Source: Zestosphaera sp. (lineage in GTDB: Archaea > Thermoproteota > Thermoprotei_A > Sulfolobales > NBVN01). Taken from it: DNA of 64,000 nt. The notes under the pieces were generated by a model. The model saw only the letters and a list, made by a program, of their open reading frames with translations. It was not told the origin of the DNA and did no database searches. The position numbers and the translations under genes are program-made. Shown here piece after piece: positions 9,871-19,526 of the stretch. Numbering within the stretch: the stretch's first letter is position 1; every line of letters begins with the position of its first letter. The DNA is taken from assembly GCA_038843015.1 (NCBI GenBank), contig JAWBSH010000002.1, positions 156,310-220,309 of the forward strand. Reading direction: 5' to 3'.

Positions 9871-11016
9871 ATGTCGATAAAAGTAGTGATGTTAGGTGCC
9901 GGGTACGTCACTGCTCACTTAGCTACAGGACTAGAAAGACTTAAGAAAGGGCTTGTCGAGCCTTACGGAATACCCCTAGCTAAATACGTGCTTCCGTATG
10001 ACCTGAAAGATATTGAGATAGTAGGGGTTTATGATGTTGACGAAGGTAAGGTTGGTAAGACTCTATACGATGTAGCTAAGGAAGTCATGGGTAGTGAGTA
10101 CCCAGTACCTGAGGAGCTTAAAACAATAACTATTAGGAGAGGGATAAGAAGAAAATCTACAGACGGGTTAAATATGCGGGCTAAGGGGCTAGACGACCTA
10201 ATGAGTTACGAGGATAGCTTAAAAACTTTATTAGGTGAGTGGCTAGATTTAAGACCTGACGTCATAGTTAACGTAATAACTACAGAGTATGGTGAGGAGT
10301 ACTTTGATGAGTCAGTAGCTCTTGACAGAATCTTGAAGGGAGACGTGCCAGCCACGCACTCTTACGCGTATGTAGCCTCTCTATACGCTAAAGCTAGAGG
10401 TAGTGTAGCTTTCGTCAATGCAATACCAACACCTGTAGCAAACAACCCGGGGCTACTCAAACTCCTCGAGGAGTCAGGTGTTGTAGTTTTTGGTGATGAC
10501 GGAGCTACTGGAGCAACTCCCTTAACAGCTGACCTGATAGAGCATTTAGCAGAAAGAAATAGGCTGATAGAATTCATAGTGCAGTTTAACATAGGAGGTA
10601 ATACAGACTTCTACGCTCTTACAAGGCACGACAGGAACCACATGAAAGAACTTACTAAGAATAGCATGATAAAAGACATTACAGGCTATGAAGTTCCTGC
10701 GTTCATAAAGCCTACGGGATACCTAGAACCTCTAGGAGATAAGAAGTATGTCGCTATGCATATAGAATATATAAGCTTTAACGGCTTCAGAGACTCAATA
10801 TACATAAACGCTAGAATAAATGACTCCCCAGCCCTAGCAGGAATCTTGTGTGACCTAATAAGGTTAGGCAAGATATCCATAGATAAAGGGTTGAGAGGGA
10901 CTGTATACGAAGTTAATGCGTTTTACATGAAGAGACCGGGACCCCGAGGATCTCCTAACATAGCTAAAAACAAAGCATACGAGTTACTACTCAATAAGTT
11001 TGGGTTAACACGATAG
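9871..11016 (+). CDS. myo-inositol-1-phosphate synthase (archaeal type)
   Basis: The N-terminus reads IKVVMLGAGYVTAHL (Rossmann). The length and the internal GDDGATGATPL and FNIGGNTDF motifs fit the family. I place the start at the ATG at 9871 rather than the track start at 9820, because of the TATA spacing. Confidence 0.75.
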   Translation: MSIKVVMLGAGYVTAHLATGLERLKKGLVEPYGIPLAKYVLPYDLKDIEIVGVYDVDEGKVGKTLYDVAKEVMGSEYPVPEELKTITIRRGIRRKSTDGLNMRAKGLDDLMSYEDSLKTLLGEWLDLRPDVIVNVITTEYGEEYFDESVALDRILKGDVPATHSYAYVASLYAKARGSVAFVNAIPTPVANNPGLLKLLEESGVVVFGDDGATGATPLTADLIEHLAERNRLIEFIVQFNIGGNTDFYALTRHDRNHMKELTKNSMIKDITGYEVPAFIKPTGYLEPLGDKKYVAMHIEYISFNGFRDSIYINARINDSPALAGILCDLIRLGKISIDKGLRGTVYEVNAFYMKRPGPRGSPNIAKNKAYELLLNKFGLTR

Positions 11017-11111
11017 TCATTTACTTCTTTAGAGAAGATACTTAACTCGAAGCGATTCTTCAGGACGGGGAAGAGGGCTAAATACTAAAACTTATTTAAT
11101 AATTATTAAAA

Positions 11112-12056
11112 ATGTTTCGGGATTCGCGAATGAAGGGTGTTTTAGTAGTTCATTGCGGAGCCGGGACTTGGAGGAGCGTTGATGAAGAAGTTATAAGGAA
11201 AGTAATACAAGATGCGCTGAGAAGAGGTACTGACGTACTAGAAAGTGGAGGTTCAGCTCTAGACGCGGTTGTCGAAGCTACTATATCATTAGAGGATTCA
11301 GGAGTTCTAAACGCCGGTCTCGGCTCGGTACCTGACTTAAGGGGCGGCATATCAATGGATGCTGGAGTAATGGATGGGTGGAGTAGTCGTGCAGGGGCTG
11401 TTGCTGCGGTCACGTATCCTAAGAACCCAGTACTCTTAGCTCGCAAAGTTCTTGAATTAACAGACCACGTTTTATTAGCTGGCAACGCTGCTGATGAACT
11501 AGCAGCCAGGTTAGGTCTTTCTAAGCACCCAGGACTATCTGAAAGAGTTAAGAAGCGTTATGAAGAAGTACTCAAGAAAGCGTTATCAGGCGACGCAGTA
11601 TTCAAGAAGAGTTTTGAGTTAGCTCAGAAACTAGGATATTTCGACACTGTAGGTGCAGTCGCTCTAGATAGTGCAGGTAAACTAGCTGCAGCAGTGTCTA
11701 CTGGCGGCGTAATCTTAAAGCTCCCAGGACGTGTCGGCGACTCCGCGGTTCCTGGCGCGGGATTCTTTGCTAACAGATATGGCGCTGCAGTGGCTACAGG
11801 AATAGGTGAGACAATAATAATGAGTATGTTATCATTTAAGGCAGTAAACCTGATTAGTGAGGGTTACTTAGCTGACACTGCTGCTCGCTTAGCTATCCAG
11901 TACCATACATCTATATATGGTAAAGACACTGCCGGGCTCATAGCACTAGATTATAGAGGTAACGCATACGGCGCCTACAATACGCAGGCAATGCCGTGGG
12001 GTTACGCAAGAGCAGAAACAAAAGAGGTCATAATTTCTGGGTTTAGGAGGTCGTAA
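11112..12056 (+). CDS. plant-type L-asparaginase / isoaspartyl peptidase (Ntn hydrolase)
   Basis: VHCGAG occurs near the N-terminus. The autoprocessing site is GYFDTVGAVALD (nucleophile Thr). A GETIIM-like segment is present near the C-terminus. Confidence 0.8.
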   Translation: MFRDSRMKGVLVVHCGAGTWRSVDEEVIRKVIQDALRRGTDVLESGGSALDAVVEATISLEDSGVLNAGLGSVPDLRGGISMDAGVMDGWSSRAGAVAAVTYPKNPVLLARKVLELTDHVLLAGNAADELAARLGLSKHPGLSERVKKRYEEVLKKALSGDAVFKKSFELAQKLGYFDTVGAVALDSAGKLAAAVSTGGVILKLPGRVGDSAVPGAGFFANRYGAAVATGIGETIIMSMLSFKAVNLISEGYLADTAARLAIQYHTSIYGKDTAGLIALDYRGNAYGAYNTQAMPWGYARAETKEVIISGFRRS

Positions 12057-12672
12057 GCTTTTTTGGGGTCTTCTTTTCTTTTATGATTTTTAATGCTTCT
12101 TCACGTAATTCTCTGTCTGTACTTAACTCGCCTCTTGTTGTGAGAGTGATCATGGTTAAGGGTTCTTCTACTCCCCGTATCAAAGCACACGTATGTATAG
12201 CTTCTATCATTATCAAGAGTCCTCTAGTTTTAAGCTTTCCGAATAAGTAGTCAGCTATTTCTTCCGTTAATCTTTCTTGGATTTGCAACCTTCTAGCAAA
12301 AACGTTAATGACTCTAGCAAACTTACTCAGCCCGAACACTTCACCACTCGGGACGTAAACCACGTAAGCATTCCCATAGAATGGGAGTAAGTGATGCTCA
12401 CATATAGACCTAACAGGTATGTTGAGCACAGCAACGAGTCTGTTAGTGCTTATGTAATTTGCCGAGTTAACATGGAAGTACTTTAAGTATTCGTCCGGGT
12501 CTTTCCCATAGCCTAGAGCTAGTTCTTCAAGCCACATCCTGGCCACTCGTTCTGGCGTGTCCTTGAGTTCAGGTCTATCGGGGTTGTCCCCAATAAGCTT
12601 TATGAATTCTCTTATAAGGTCCTTAAGTTTCTCAAACCTATCGTTTAAGTCTTTGTTACTCACCATACTCAA
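12043..12672 (-). CDS. folE: GTP cyclohydrolase I (zinc-dependent FolE type)
   Basis: The motifs TPERVARMW, SICEHHLLPF and IHTCALIRGV are present and include the zinc ligand Cys and His residues. The start overlaps the stop of the upstream CDF gene. Confidence 0.8.
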   Translation of the reverse strand: MSMVSNKDLNDRFEKLKDLIREFIKLIGDNPDRPELKDTPERVARMWLEELALGYGKDPDEYLKYFHVNSANYISTNRLVAVLNIPVRSICEHHLLPFYGNAYVVYVPSGEVFGLSKFARVINVFARRLQIQERLTEEIADYLFGKLKTRGLLIMIEAIHTCALIRGVEEPLTMITLTTRGELSTDRELREEALKIIKEKKTPKKLTTS

Positions 12673-13480
12673 TACTCACCTTTGGAGTACGTAACTTAAA
12701 CTCGATTGTTAAATCAATGCCGAGACCGTGTAACGCCTCTTTAACCTTACCAACTCTCTCACTTAAGACTACTATATCGTCTTCGGGACTAACTAAAACT
12801 GTCGCGGCGCCTTGATAGTGTGAGCCATCAACATTTCTTAAACGTATGCTACCTAAACTCAAGTTATTTTTGCTAAACTCTTCTTCAACAACCCTCACCA
12901 CATCTAACGAAGGGGCAGTATCACCCACGTAATTCATGACCTCAGAGAAGACCTCTCTTAACTCGTAAAAGATGTATAACGCAAGAATTAACGCACCAAC
13001 ATAGTCTATCAAGTAACTAAGTAGCGCGCCGGCAAGAGAGGAAGTAACAACTACCGCACCCTCGATTAACTCGCTTACCGTAAACTTAGAGTAGTGTATA
13101 AAAATTCCTTTTAATCTCCTAGAAACAGATATTGCGACCACGTAACACAGTACTCCTAAGAAAGCCATTAAGGGAGCTTCTAAAGATACCGTATACTCTC
13201 TTAACTCAATCAACTTAAGCGTTACCAAACCAGCAACGAAAGAGTAGATCATTAAAGTAGATATAGAGCCTCCAAAAGCTAATTTATAGTGACCGAAGTG
13301 ATGGTCCTCATCTGGAGGCTTAAGACTGTTCCTCCAGTACCTTATAGCTAGCAACAACGCTAGCAAGTTAGCTATGGAAGTCATCGCATCAACAAAGACA
13401 GCTTTAGAGCCGTAAAGAATACCTCCTAAAATCTTGAAGACTCCTCCTAAACTCGAGAAAAAAAGGATTATAGCTAGCAT
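12656..13480 (-). CDS. cation diffusion facilitator (CDF) family divalent-metal transporter
   Basis: The 274-aa protein has six TM helices and then a cytoplasmic alpha/beta domain. The segment DAMTSIANLL...HHFGHYK is typical of CDF TM2 to TM5 metal sites. Confidence 0.65.
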   Translation of the reverse strand: MLAIILFFSSLGGVFKILGGILYGSKAVFVDAMTSIANLLALLLAIRYWRNSLKPPDEDHHFGHYKLAFGGSISTLMIYSFVAGLVTLKLIELREYTVSLEAPLMAFLGVLCYVVAISVSRRLKGIFIHYSKFTVSELIEGAVVVTSSLAGALLSYLIDYVGALILALYIFYELREVFSEVMNYVGDTAPSLDVVRVVEEEFSKNNLSLGSIRLRNVDGSHYQGAATVLVSPEDDIVVLSERVGKVKEALHGLGIDLTIEFKLRTPKVSIEYGE

Positions 13481-13551
13481 GCTTCCGCTACTCAGTAGCT
13501 ATCCACCCTAGAATAAAGAAATTTAAGATACCTTTAAGCTTTTCCCAGACT

Positions 13552-16227
13552 CTAAATCTTTATTTCTAGAGTCTTCCTAAGCTCATCAACTAACATTATT
13601 GGTACTGAAGTCAAAAGAGCTAAAAAGATAAGTTCTGGAGGCAACTCTACAGTCTTAAATACTGACGAGAGATGCGGTACATACACTGTAGCCAACAACA
13701 AAGCCAGTGAAGCAATTATTGAGGGAATGAGCCACTTATTAAAGGGTCTGAACCAGAAGTGCATATTCTCGGATCTTGAGACTAACGCTCTCCCAAACTC
13801 GCTCATTCCAATAGCTATGAAGACTAGTGTCCTAGCTAGGTCTCTGTCCATGTAAGCGCCAAGAGTAAACGTGTATATGGCTAAGTTAACCAACCCTATA
13901 AGGGAACCTAATAACACAAAATATGCTATCTTTCTGTTAGTTAAGAAAGGTGTTTGCCTCTTTCTCGGAGGTCTCTTCATCAGGTCAGGTTCTGGAGGCT
14001 CACTACTGAGAGCTAAAGCCGGTAAAGCGTCTGTCGTTACATTTATCCACAATAGTTGTGCTGGAGTTAAGGGTGATGGGAGCATAGCTAGCTCAGCCGA
14101 CAATATAGTTGCTATCTCACCTAGATTAGCGGGTAAAAGATAGTTTATTGGCTTTTTAAGATTCTCAAATATTACTCTACCCTCCTTAACAGCTGCGGCT
14201 ATGGTAACAAAGTTGTCATCTTTAATAACTAGCTTAGATACCTCCTTAGCCACGTCAGTCCCTTTAATACCCATAGCAATGCCTAGATCAGCTTCTTTAA
14301 GTGCTAGCGCGTCATTCACTCCGTCTCCCGTCATAGCGACTACGTGACCTCTTGCTTGAAGAGCCTTAACAACTCTTCTTTTATGTTCTGGCGTTACCCT
14401 AGCCAGTACGACTACGTCATCTATTACTCTCTCTAACTCTGCATCACTCATTTTGTCTAAGTCTTTGCCTTCAAGTACTAAGCCTTCATCGAGACCTATC
14501 AAACGACCTATAGCTTCAGCAGTTAGTCTATGGTCCCCTGTAATCATCACGGTTTTTATGCCGGCTCTACGCAACTCCTCTACAGCCTCCTTAACACCCT
14601 CTCTAGGAGGGTCAATGATCCCCATAACTGATAAGAAAGTAAGTCCTTCCTCAACCTCCTTAATACTCTGTTCAAGTACTTCAGACTTAACTAACTTGTA
14701 GGCAAAGCCGTACGTTCTGAAACCTTGAGAAGCTATTGACTCTATATACTCATTTATTTCTTTCTTAAGTTCATCGTTGAGTGGTTTGAGAGACCCATCA
14801 ATTAGGACGTAGCTCGAGAGACTGAGGAGTAATTCGGGAGCTCCTGAAGATATAACTAAATATTCGTCATCGCTAAGCTTGTGTATTGTAGTCTTTCTTT
14901 TTCTAAACCTGTCAAACGGAATGACCTTAACTAATTCAGTGTTTTTCTTTAAGTTCTCAACTCTTTTGCTACCTAAGACTTTATGAGCGAATACGAGGGC
15001 AGCCCCCTCTGTAGGGGATCCCTTAATTCTCCACACGCCGTTGTCGTAGAATAAGCTAGCGTCTTCACCAATATGAACAACTAGATACTCTGCTAGTTTT
15101 TCAAGCTCTTTAGATATGAGGGCTTCATTACCAGAATTGGTAAAGACTACCTCACCCACGGGTTCAAAACCTTCACCACTTACCCCGAGTTCCACACCAC
15201 TGACCCAGACTTTCTTAACAGTCATTTCACCCTTAGTTATAGTCCCGGTCTTGTCTGACGCCACGACATCGCAAGCGCCTAAAGTCTCTATAGCTCCTAA
15301 TTCTCTCACTATCACGTTTTTCTTCGACATTCTGTAAGCTCCTAAAGCGAGCACAGACGTAGCTATGGCGGGCAAACCCTCCGGTATAGCTGCTACGGCT
15401 AGAGCGACGGCTAGAAGTAGCGATTCTATTAAGGGCTCTCTAACTACCAGATATGAGATACTAAATACTAAGACGCTTATGCCGAGTATTATAGCCCCAA
15501 GTTTCTTGCCGAGTTTGTCAAGCTCTTCCTCAAGTAATGTTTTCTTTTCTTTTATCTCACCTAGCTTCTCGGCTATCTTACCTAGCTCAGTTTTAGACCC
15601 GGTCGCGACTACGACCCCCTTACACTTACCAGAATATATGTAGGTACCCATGAACAGCATATTAGTCCTTGAATGAATGCCTGTCTCTTCAGGCAATACG
15701 GCTGAATGGTCTTTCAGGACAGGCTCGGACTCTCCTGTGAGGGGGGACTCATCAACCTTCAAGTCTACGGAGTCTATGAGTCTAATGTCAGCAGGAACCT
15801 TATCGCCTTCACCTAAAAGAATGACGTCACCCGGCACTAACTCAGTTGAAGGAACTACGACGACTTTCCCGTCTCTAACGGCTTTAACCTCAGAAACAAC
15901 TAGCTTCTTCAGAGCTTCTATAGCTTTCTCAGCTCTAAACTCTTGAAGAAAGCCGGAAACACCCATTATGAGGACTATGAGTAGTATAGCTAAAGCATCA
16001 ACTAACTCTCCTAGAAAACCTGAGATTAACGTAGCTATTAACAAAATCAGTATTAAGAAGTTGGTGAACTGCTTAAGAAACAACTTGAGTGGGGATTTAG
16101 GCTTACCTCTTATCTCGTTTAAACCATACACGGTAAGCCTCTTCCTAACCTCACTTGACGAGAGACCTTCTGGGGTTGTATTTAGTTCTTTGAAGACTTC
16201 CTGAACTTCTTTCGAGTGCCATGACAT
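13552..16227 (-). CDS. P-type cation-transporting ATPase (type II-like)
   Basis: The protein has the DKTGTIT phosphorylation site, TGES, MITGDH and MTGDGVNDALALKEADLGIAMG hinge motifs, and 10 TM helices over 891 aa. Confidence 0.85.
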   Translation of the reverse strand: MSWHSKEVQEVFKELNTTPEGLSSSEVRKRLTVYGLNEIRGKPKSPLKLFLKQFTNFLILILLIATLISGFLGELVDALAILLIVLIMGVSGFLQEFRAEKAIEALKKLVVSEVKAVRDGKVVVVPSTELVPGDVILLGEGDKVPADIRLIDSVDLKVDESPLTGESEPVLKDHSAVLPEETGIHSRTNMLFMGTYIYSGKCKGVVVATGSKTELGKIAEKLGEIKEKKTLLEEELDKLGKKLGAIILGISVLVFSISYLVVREPLIESLLLAVALAVAAIPEGLPAIATSVLALGAYRMSKKNVIVRELGAIETLGACDVVASDKTGTITKGEMTVKKVWVSGVELGVSGEGFEPVGEVVFTNSGNEALISKELEKLAEYLVVHIGEDASLFYDNGVWRIKGSPTEGAALVFAHKVLGSKRVENLKKNTELVKVIPFDRFRKRKTTIHKLSDDEYLVISSGAPELLLSLSSYVLIDGSLKPLNDELKKEINEYIESIASQGFRTYGFAYKLVKSEVLEQSIKEVEEGLTFLSVMGIIDPPREGVKEAVEELRRAGIKTVMITGDHRLTAEAIGRLIGLDEGLVLEGKDLDKMSDAELERVIDDVVVLARVTPEHKRRVVKALQARGHVVAMTGDGVNDALALKEADLGIAMGIKGTDVAKEVSKLVIKDDNFVTIAAAVKEGRVIFENLKKPINYLLPANLGEIATILSAELAMLPSPLTPAQLLWINVTTDALPALALSSEPPEPDLMKRPPRKRQTPFLTNRKIAYFVLLGSLIGLVNLAIYTFTLGAYMDRDLARTLVFIAIGMSEFGRALVSRSENMHFWFRPFNKWLIPSIIASLALLLATVYVPHLSSVFKTVELPPELIFLALLTSVPIMLVDELRKTLEIKI

Positions 16228-16292
16228 TCCCTAGCCTCCCACTTCACATAAATAACGTACACTTAAAAATTGCGACCTAGATTTAGATTTGA

Positions 16293-17129
16293 GTGAATAA
16301 CTTGAAAGACACGTTAATCGCTGCGGCTGAGAAGGTTGCCAACTACTTGACAGAGACTCACAGACCATCTGCTATAGTTAGGGTTAACTCTAGTGGAGAT
16401 ACTAGTAAGGTCTTTGACATAGAAGCAGAAAACATTATTTTCGATGAGTTAAGAAGAAGAATTAAAGAGTGTTTCTTGTTCGTTAGTGAGGAGTCAGGCG
16501 TACGTCGCTTTTGTGGTGAGCCTGAATGGGTCGTTGTAGTAGACCCGGTAGACGGGTCTATGAACTACGACGCTCAAATACCTTGGGTATCTATCTCCAT
16601 AGCTGTAGCCCCGCTAGACGGCGAAGACCCAACTATAGGAGATGTTTCTTATGCTGTAGTCTATGATGTTTTTCGTAGAATAGACTATAGCTTTGACCAC
16701 TCAGAAGGGGTGACTATTGCTGGCATCCCAGCAACTAGAAGGCCGAAGCCTCCAGGAGTCGTGTTAGGATATTTTGAATTACCTGACTCATATAAAATAA
16801 TCCCGTATTACTGGGCTGAGAGAGGTTCTCGAGCTAGTCTAAGGTCGCTAGGTAGTGCTGCATTAGACATAATATATGTGGGGCTCGGCAACGCTGAAGC
16901 ATTCATAGACACAAGAGCTAAACTGAGAAATGTCGATGTGGCGGCTGCATTAAGAATAGCTTCAGCTCTCGGAGCTAAAGCCAAGCTATGCAATGGATTA
17001 AACGCGTTGTCAGTGACTTTGAAAGACATCACCAAGATCGAGTGCTTGCTGGTAGGATACAACGAGGATTACTTGAACAAGCTTAGTGAGGCACATTACG
17101 AAAGCCAAACCCAAAGCTATAGAGAGTAA
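16293..17129 (+). CDS. inositol monophosphatase / fructose-1,6-bisphosphatase family phosphatase
   Basis: The motifs FVSEESG and WVVVVDPVDGSMNY match the metal-binding E and DPxDG(T/S) signatures of the family. Confidence 0.75.
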   Translation: MNNLKDTLIAAAEKVANYLTETHRPSAIVRVNSSGDTSKVFDIEAENIIFDELRRRIKECFLFVSEESGVRRFCGEPEWVVVVDPVDGSMNYDAQIPWVSISIAVAPLDGEDPTIGDVSYAVVYDVFRRIDYSFDHSEGVTIAGIPATRRPKPPGVVLGYFELPDSYKIIPYYWAERGSRASLRSLGSAALDIIYVGLGNAEAFIDTRAKLRNVDVAAALRIASALGAKAKLCNGLNALSVTLKDITKIECLLVGYNEDYLNKLSEAHYESQTQSYRE

Positions 17130-17159
17130 ATATTCTTTAATAAAGGGGATTACCTGATC

Positions 17160-17654
17160 TTAAGGTAATGGCTTGTAGACTAGCTTCTTCAGAGCCCTCA
17201 CTCTCAATTCTTTAGCTACCTCAGCTGTAGTGCCCCACACTATAGCCCTAGTAGGGCACATAGCTACACATCCAGGCGTCAAACCCTCAGACCTTAACGG
17301 ATTGCATAAGTCACACTTAGTCGCAAATCCAGGCGGTATTATCTCGGGGATGCCGAAAGGACAGGCGGCTAAACACGCGGAACACCCTATACACTTTGAA
17401 ATATCCACTAATACAGCACCGTCCTCGTCTTTATGCATGGCTCCGGTGGGGCATGCCGTAATGCAGGGTGCCTTAGCACAGTGGAAGCACGATATGGGCT
17501 TGTTAAGTCCTCCCCCTATATCGTATAACTTTATGTAGCCTCTACCTTCATGTATGAACGAACACACTTCCTCACAAGTATAGCAACCTATACACACGTC
17601 GTAGTTTATTACTCGGCTCATGCCACCATACTTACTGAAAGTTTCTAAATCCAT
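17160..17654 (-). CDS. four-cluster [4Fe-4S] ferredoxin-like electron-transfer subunit (HycB / DMSO-reductase beta-like)
   Basis: Four Cys groups are present: CIGCYTCEEVC, CFHCAKAPCITACP, CIGCSACLAACP and CDLCNP...CVAMCP. The start abuts the stop of the GltD-like gene (17654 versus 17656). Confidence 0.75.
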   Translation of the reverse strand: MDLETFSKYGGMSRVINYDVCIGCYTCEEVCSFIHEGRGYIKLYDIGGGLNKPISCFHCAKAPCITACPTGAMHKDEDGAVLVDISKCIGCSACLAACPFGIPEIIPPGFATKCDLCNPLRSEGLTPGCVAMCPTRAIVWGTTAEVAKELRVRALKKLVYKPLP

Positions 17655-17655
17655 C

Positions 17656-18714
17656 TCATAACACCCTCTTAGCTCTTAAAAAATGATCTAAGTGTGTTGC
17701 TGCCTTTAAGCCACTCCCGATAGCTTTACCTACCATTGAAGGACCCGTTACTACGTCTCCCGCCGCAAAGACTTTCTCAACTCCTGTCTGCATTCTTTCG
17801 TTGACTATCACTGTTCTTCTCTTAGGGTCTACCTTAATACCATCACATTCTGTACCCAGTGGCGGAGTTGGTATCTCTCCTACAGCTGCTAAGACGGTGT
17901 CTGCCTCTATAACGTGTTCTGTGCCAGGCACGGGCATCGGCCTAGGTCTTCCAGTCTCGTCAGGCTCGCCTAACTTCATCTTAACAAACTCTACCCCAAC
18001 TACTCTATCACCAGATACAACGACTTTAGTAGGTTGAACAAGCTCCACCCACTTAACACCCTCAGAAGCTACTCTACGTATTTCGTATTCACCCGCCGGT
18101 GCTTCCTTGATAGTCCTTCTATAAGTTAGGTAGACTTCCTTAGCCCCCTTCATCAAGGCTACTTCAGCAGCGTCTATCGCGCTATATCCCCCGCCAATGA
18201 CGACCACTTTATTGCCTACAAGAGGCTTATGTGTTGAGTACCCTAACTCGTATGTCCACCAGCTATAAACGTATTCCAGAGCTGAGAAAACTCCTTTAGC
18301 GTTATCTCCAGGCACTCCTAACCTCCTCGAAGACCATATGCCTGTTGTCAACAACACGGCATCATACTCTTCCATGACTTTCTTTAAGTCAACCACGTTA
18401 TTGACGAATTCGTCTCCCTCATCGTGTCTAGGCTCGCCGCAGAAGACTTTAGTCCTATAAATAAACTTAACACCGAAATTCTTTTCAAGGTCTTCAGTCC
18501 CTTCCATAACGCTATCTCTGGGTATTCTGTAGGGGGGTATGCCGAACATCATTAAGCCTCCCGCAAGAGGTAATTTCTCGTAAACGTCTACTTCATATCC
18601 CTGACATACTAGGTAGCCTGTAGCTGCTAGTCCCGCTGGACCACCGCCTACAACAGCTACCTTACCCCTACCTCCGCCTCCTTGCCTTTTCTTGCACATG
18701 AAAGCAAACTTCAT
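17656..18714 (-). CDS. GltD/SudA-like NAD(P)H-dependent FAD oxidoreductase lacking the N-terminal Fe-S domain
   Basis: VAVVGGGPAGLAA (FAD), KVVVIGGGYSAIDAA (NAD(P)H) and VFAAGDVVTGPSMVGKAIGSG are present. At 352 aa the protein begins directly at the first dinucleotide fold. Confidence 0.75.
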   Translation of the reverse strand: MKFAFMCKKRQGGGGRGKVAVVGGGPAGLAATGYLVCQGYEVDVYEKLPLAGGLMMFGIPPYRIPRDSVMEGTEDLEKNFGVKFIYRTKVFCGEPRHDEGDEFVNNVVDLKKVMEEYDAVLLTTGIWSSRRLGVPGDNAKGVFSALEYVYSWWTYELGYSTHKPLVGNKVVVIGGGYSAIDAAEVALMKGAKEVYLTYRRTIKEAPAGEYEIRRVASEGVKWVELVQPTKVVVSGDRVVGVEFVKMKLGEPDETGRPRPMPVPGTEHVIEADTVLAAVGEIPTPPLGTECDGIKVDPKRRTVIVNERMQTGVEKVFAAGDVVTGPSMVGKAIGSGLKAATHLDHFLRAKRVL

Positions 18715-18733
18715 TTCATCATCACCTCATAAA

Positions 18734-18991
18734 CTACTCTGAAACTATAATTAACTTTATGTAGGAGTTCTCGACTCTTTTTCCAGAGAGCTTTTCAGTT
18801 ATCTCTATACTACTGATTCTAGCTTCTCCTCTCTTGAGTAGCTGGTCTAGTGCTTGAGCTGGTAAAATGTTCCTTAAGTAATCTAGTTCTACCACGTCTA
18901 CGTCCTCGCAAACAGAATACGGCGCTACGTGATGTCTCGGAATCACAGCACCTGAACCGTGTTCAACACAGTAGTAAATTCTAACCTTCAA
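18734..18991 (-). CDS. hypothetical 85-aa protein embedded in the hydrogenase operon
   Basis: The ORF overlaps the stop of the NuoB-like gene by 11 nt and ends 19 nt before the GltD-like gene. I recognise no motif in it. Confidence 0.4.
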   Translation of the reverse strand: MKVRIYYCVEHGSGAVIPRHHVAPYSVCEDVDVVELDYLRNILPAQALDQLLKRGEARISSIEITEKLSGKRVENSYIKLIIVSE

Positions 18992-19526
18992 TGGCTACCA
19001 CCCTCTTATGTTTTGATTTGGGTTGGAGAAGACCTAATAAAACCGCAACCCCGTATATGATTGCTTCAGGCCTTACAGGACATCCTGGGACGTAAACTAC
19101 TCTATCTACCTCTACACCAGCTTCCTTAAGAATTTCTTCGAGCTTGGTATACCCGCCTAAAGTTGCGTAAGTATTAAACCATATCCCGCCCCCAACACCA
19201 CAAGAACCTAGAGCCAACACAAGCCTGGGTCTCGGCATGGCCTTAATAGCTTTAATCACCTTGTTTATAGTCTTGATAGTTACAGGACCTGTCAACAATA
19301 TCAGGTCTGCGTGTCTGGGAGAACCCACCAACTTAATACCGAATCTCTCTACATCAAAGTAAGGTGTTAGCACGTCTAAGACTTCAATATCACACCCGTT
19401 GCAGCTGCCAGTATTTAGGTGAAAAACCCATATACTCCTCTTAAGCTTGCTGAAGGCTTCCTCAAGAACGCTAGGGCCAGACGAGGATGTCAAGTCAAGT
19501 CTTCCCTCTTCACTCACCGCTAACAC
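18981..19526 (-). CDS. group 4 [NiFe] hydrogenase small subunit (NuoB/HycG/MbhJ-like)
   Basis: The motifs NTGSCNGCDIEV, ALGSCGVGGGIW and YVPGCPVRPE provide the four Cys ligands of the proximal [4Fe-4S] cluster. Confidence 0.85.
   Translation of the reverse strand: MLAVSEEGRLDLTSSSGPSVLEEAFSKLKRSIWVFHLNTGSCNGCDIEVLDVLTPYFDVERFGIKLVGSPRHADLILLTGPVTIKTINKVIKAIKAMPRPRLVLALGSCGVGGGIWFNTYATLGGYTKLEEILKEAGVEVDRVVYVPGCPVRPEAIIYGVAVLLGLLQPKSKHKRVVAIEG

Noticed and set aside
9842-9879. A 9-nt direct duplication, ATGTCGATA, at 9842-9850 and 9871-9879 at the start of the inositol-phosphate synthase gene.
   Set aside because: It is short and occurs only as this one pair. The first copy overlaps the TATA region. 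It is useful only for choosing the start codon.
15709-15720. A 12-nt match, GTCTTTCAGGAC, inside the P-type ATPase gene to the upstream hairpin motif at 4641-4652.
   Set aside because: It lies within coding sequence and lacks the rest of the motif (CGGG and the return strand). A chance match is the most likely explanation.
13871-16204. Six plus-strand ORFs of 73-92 aa (13871-14143, 14453-14701, 15116-15337, 15365-15643, 15677-15946 and 15968-16204) lie antisense to the P-type ATPase.
   Set aside because: They lie entirely inside a strongly supported 891-aa gene. Their products are Ser/Thr/Pro-rich and low in complexity. They are the usual stop-poor antisense frames of a biased-codon gene. 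The many other 60-140-aa antisense ORFs in the track fall in the same class, for example 576-803, 8577-8891, 29639-30079 and 50201-50617.
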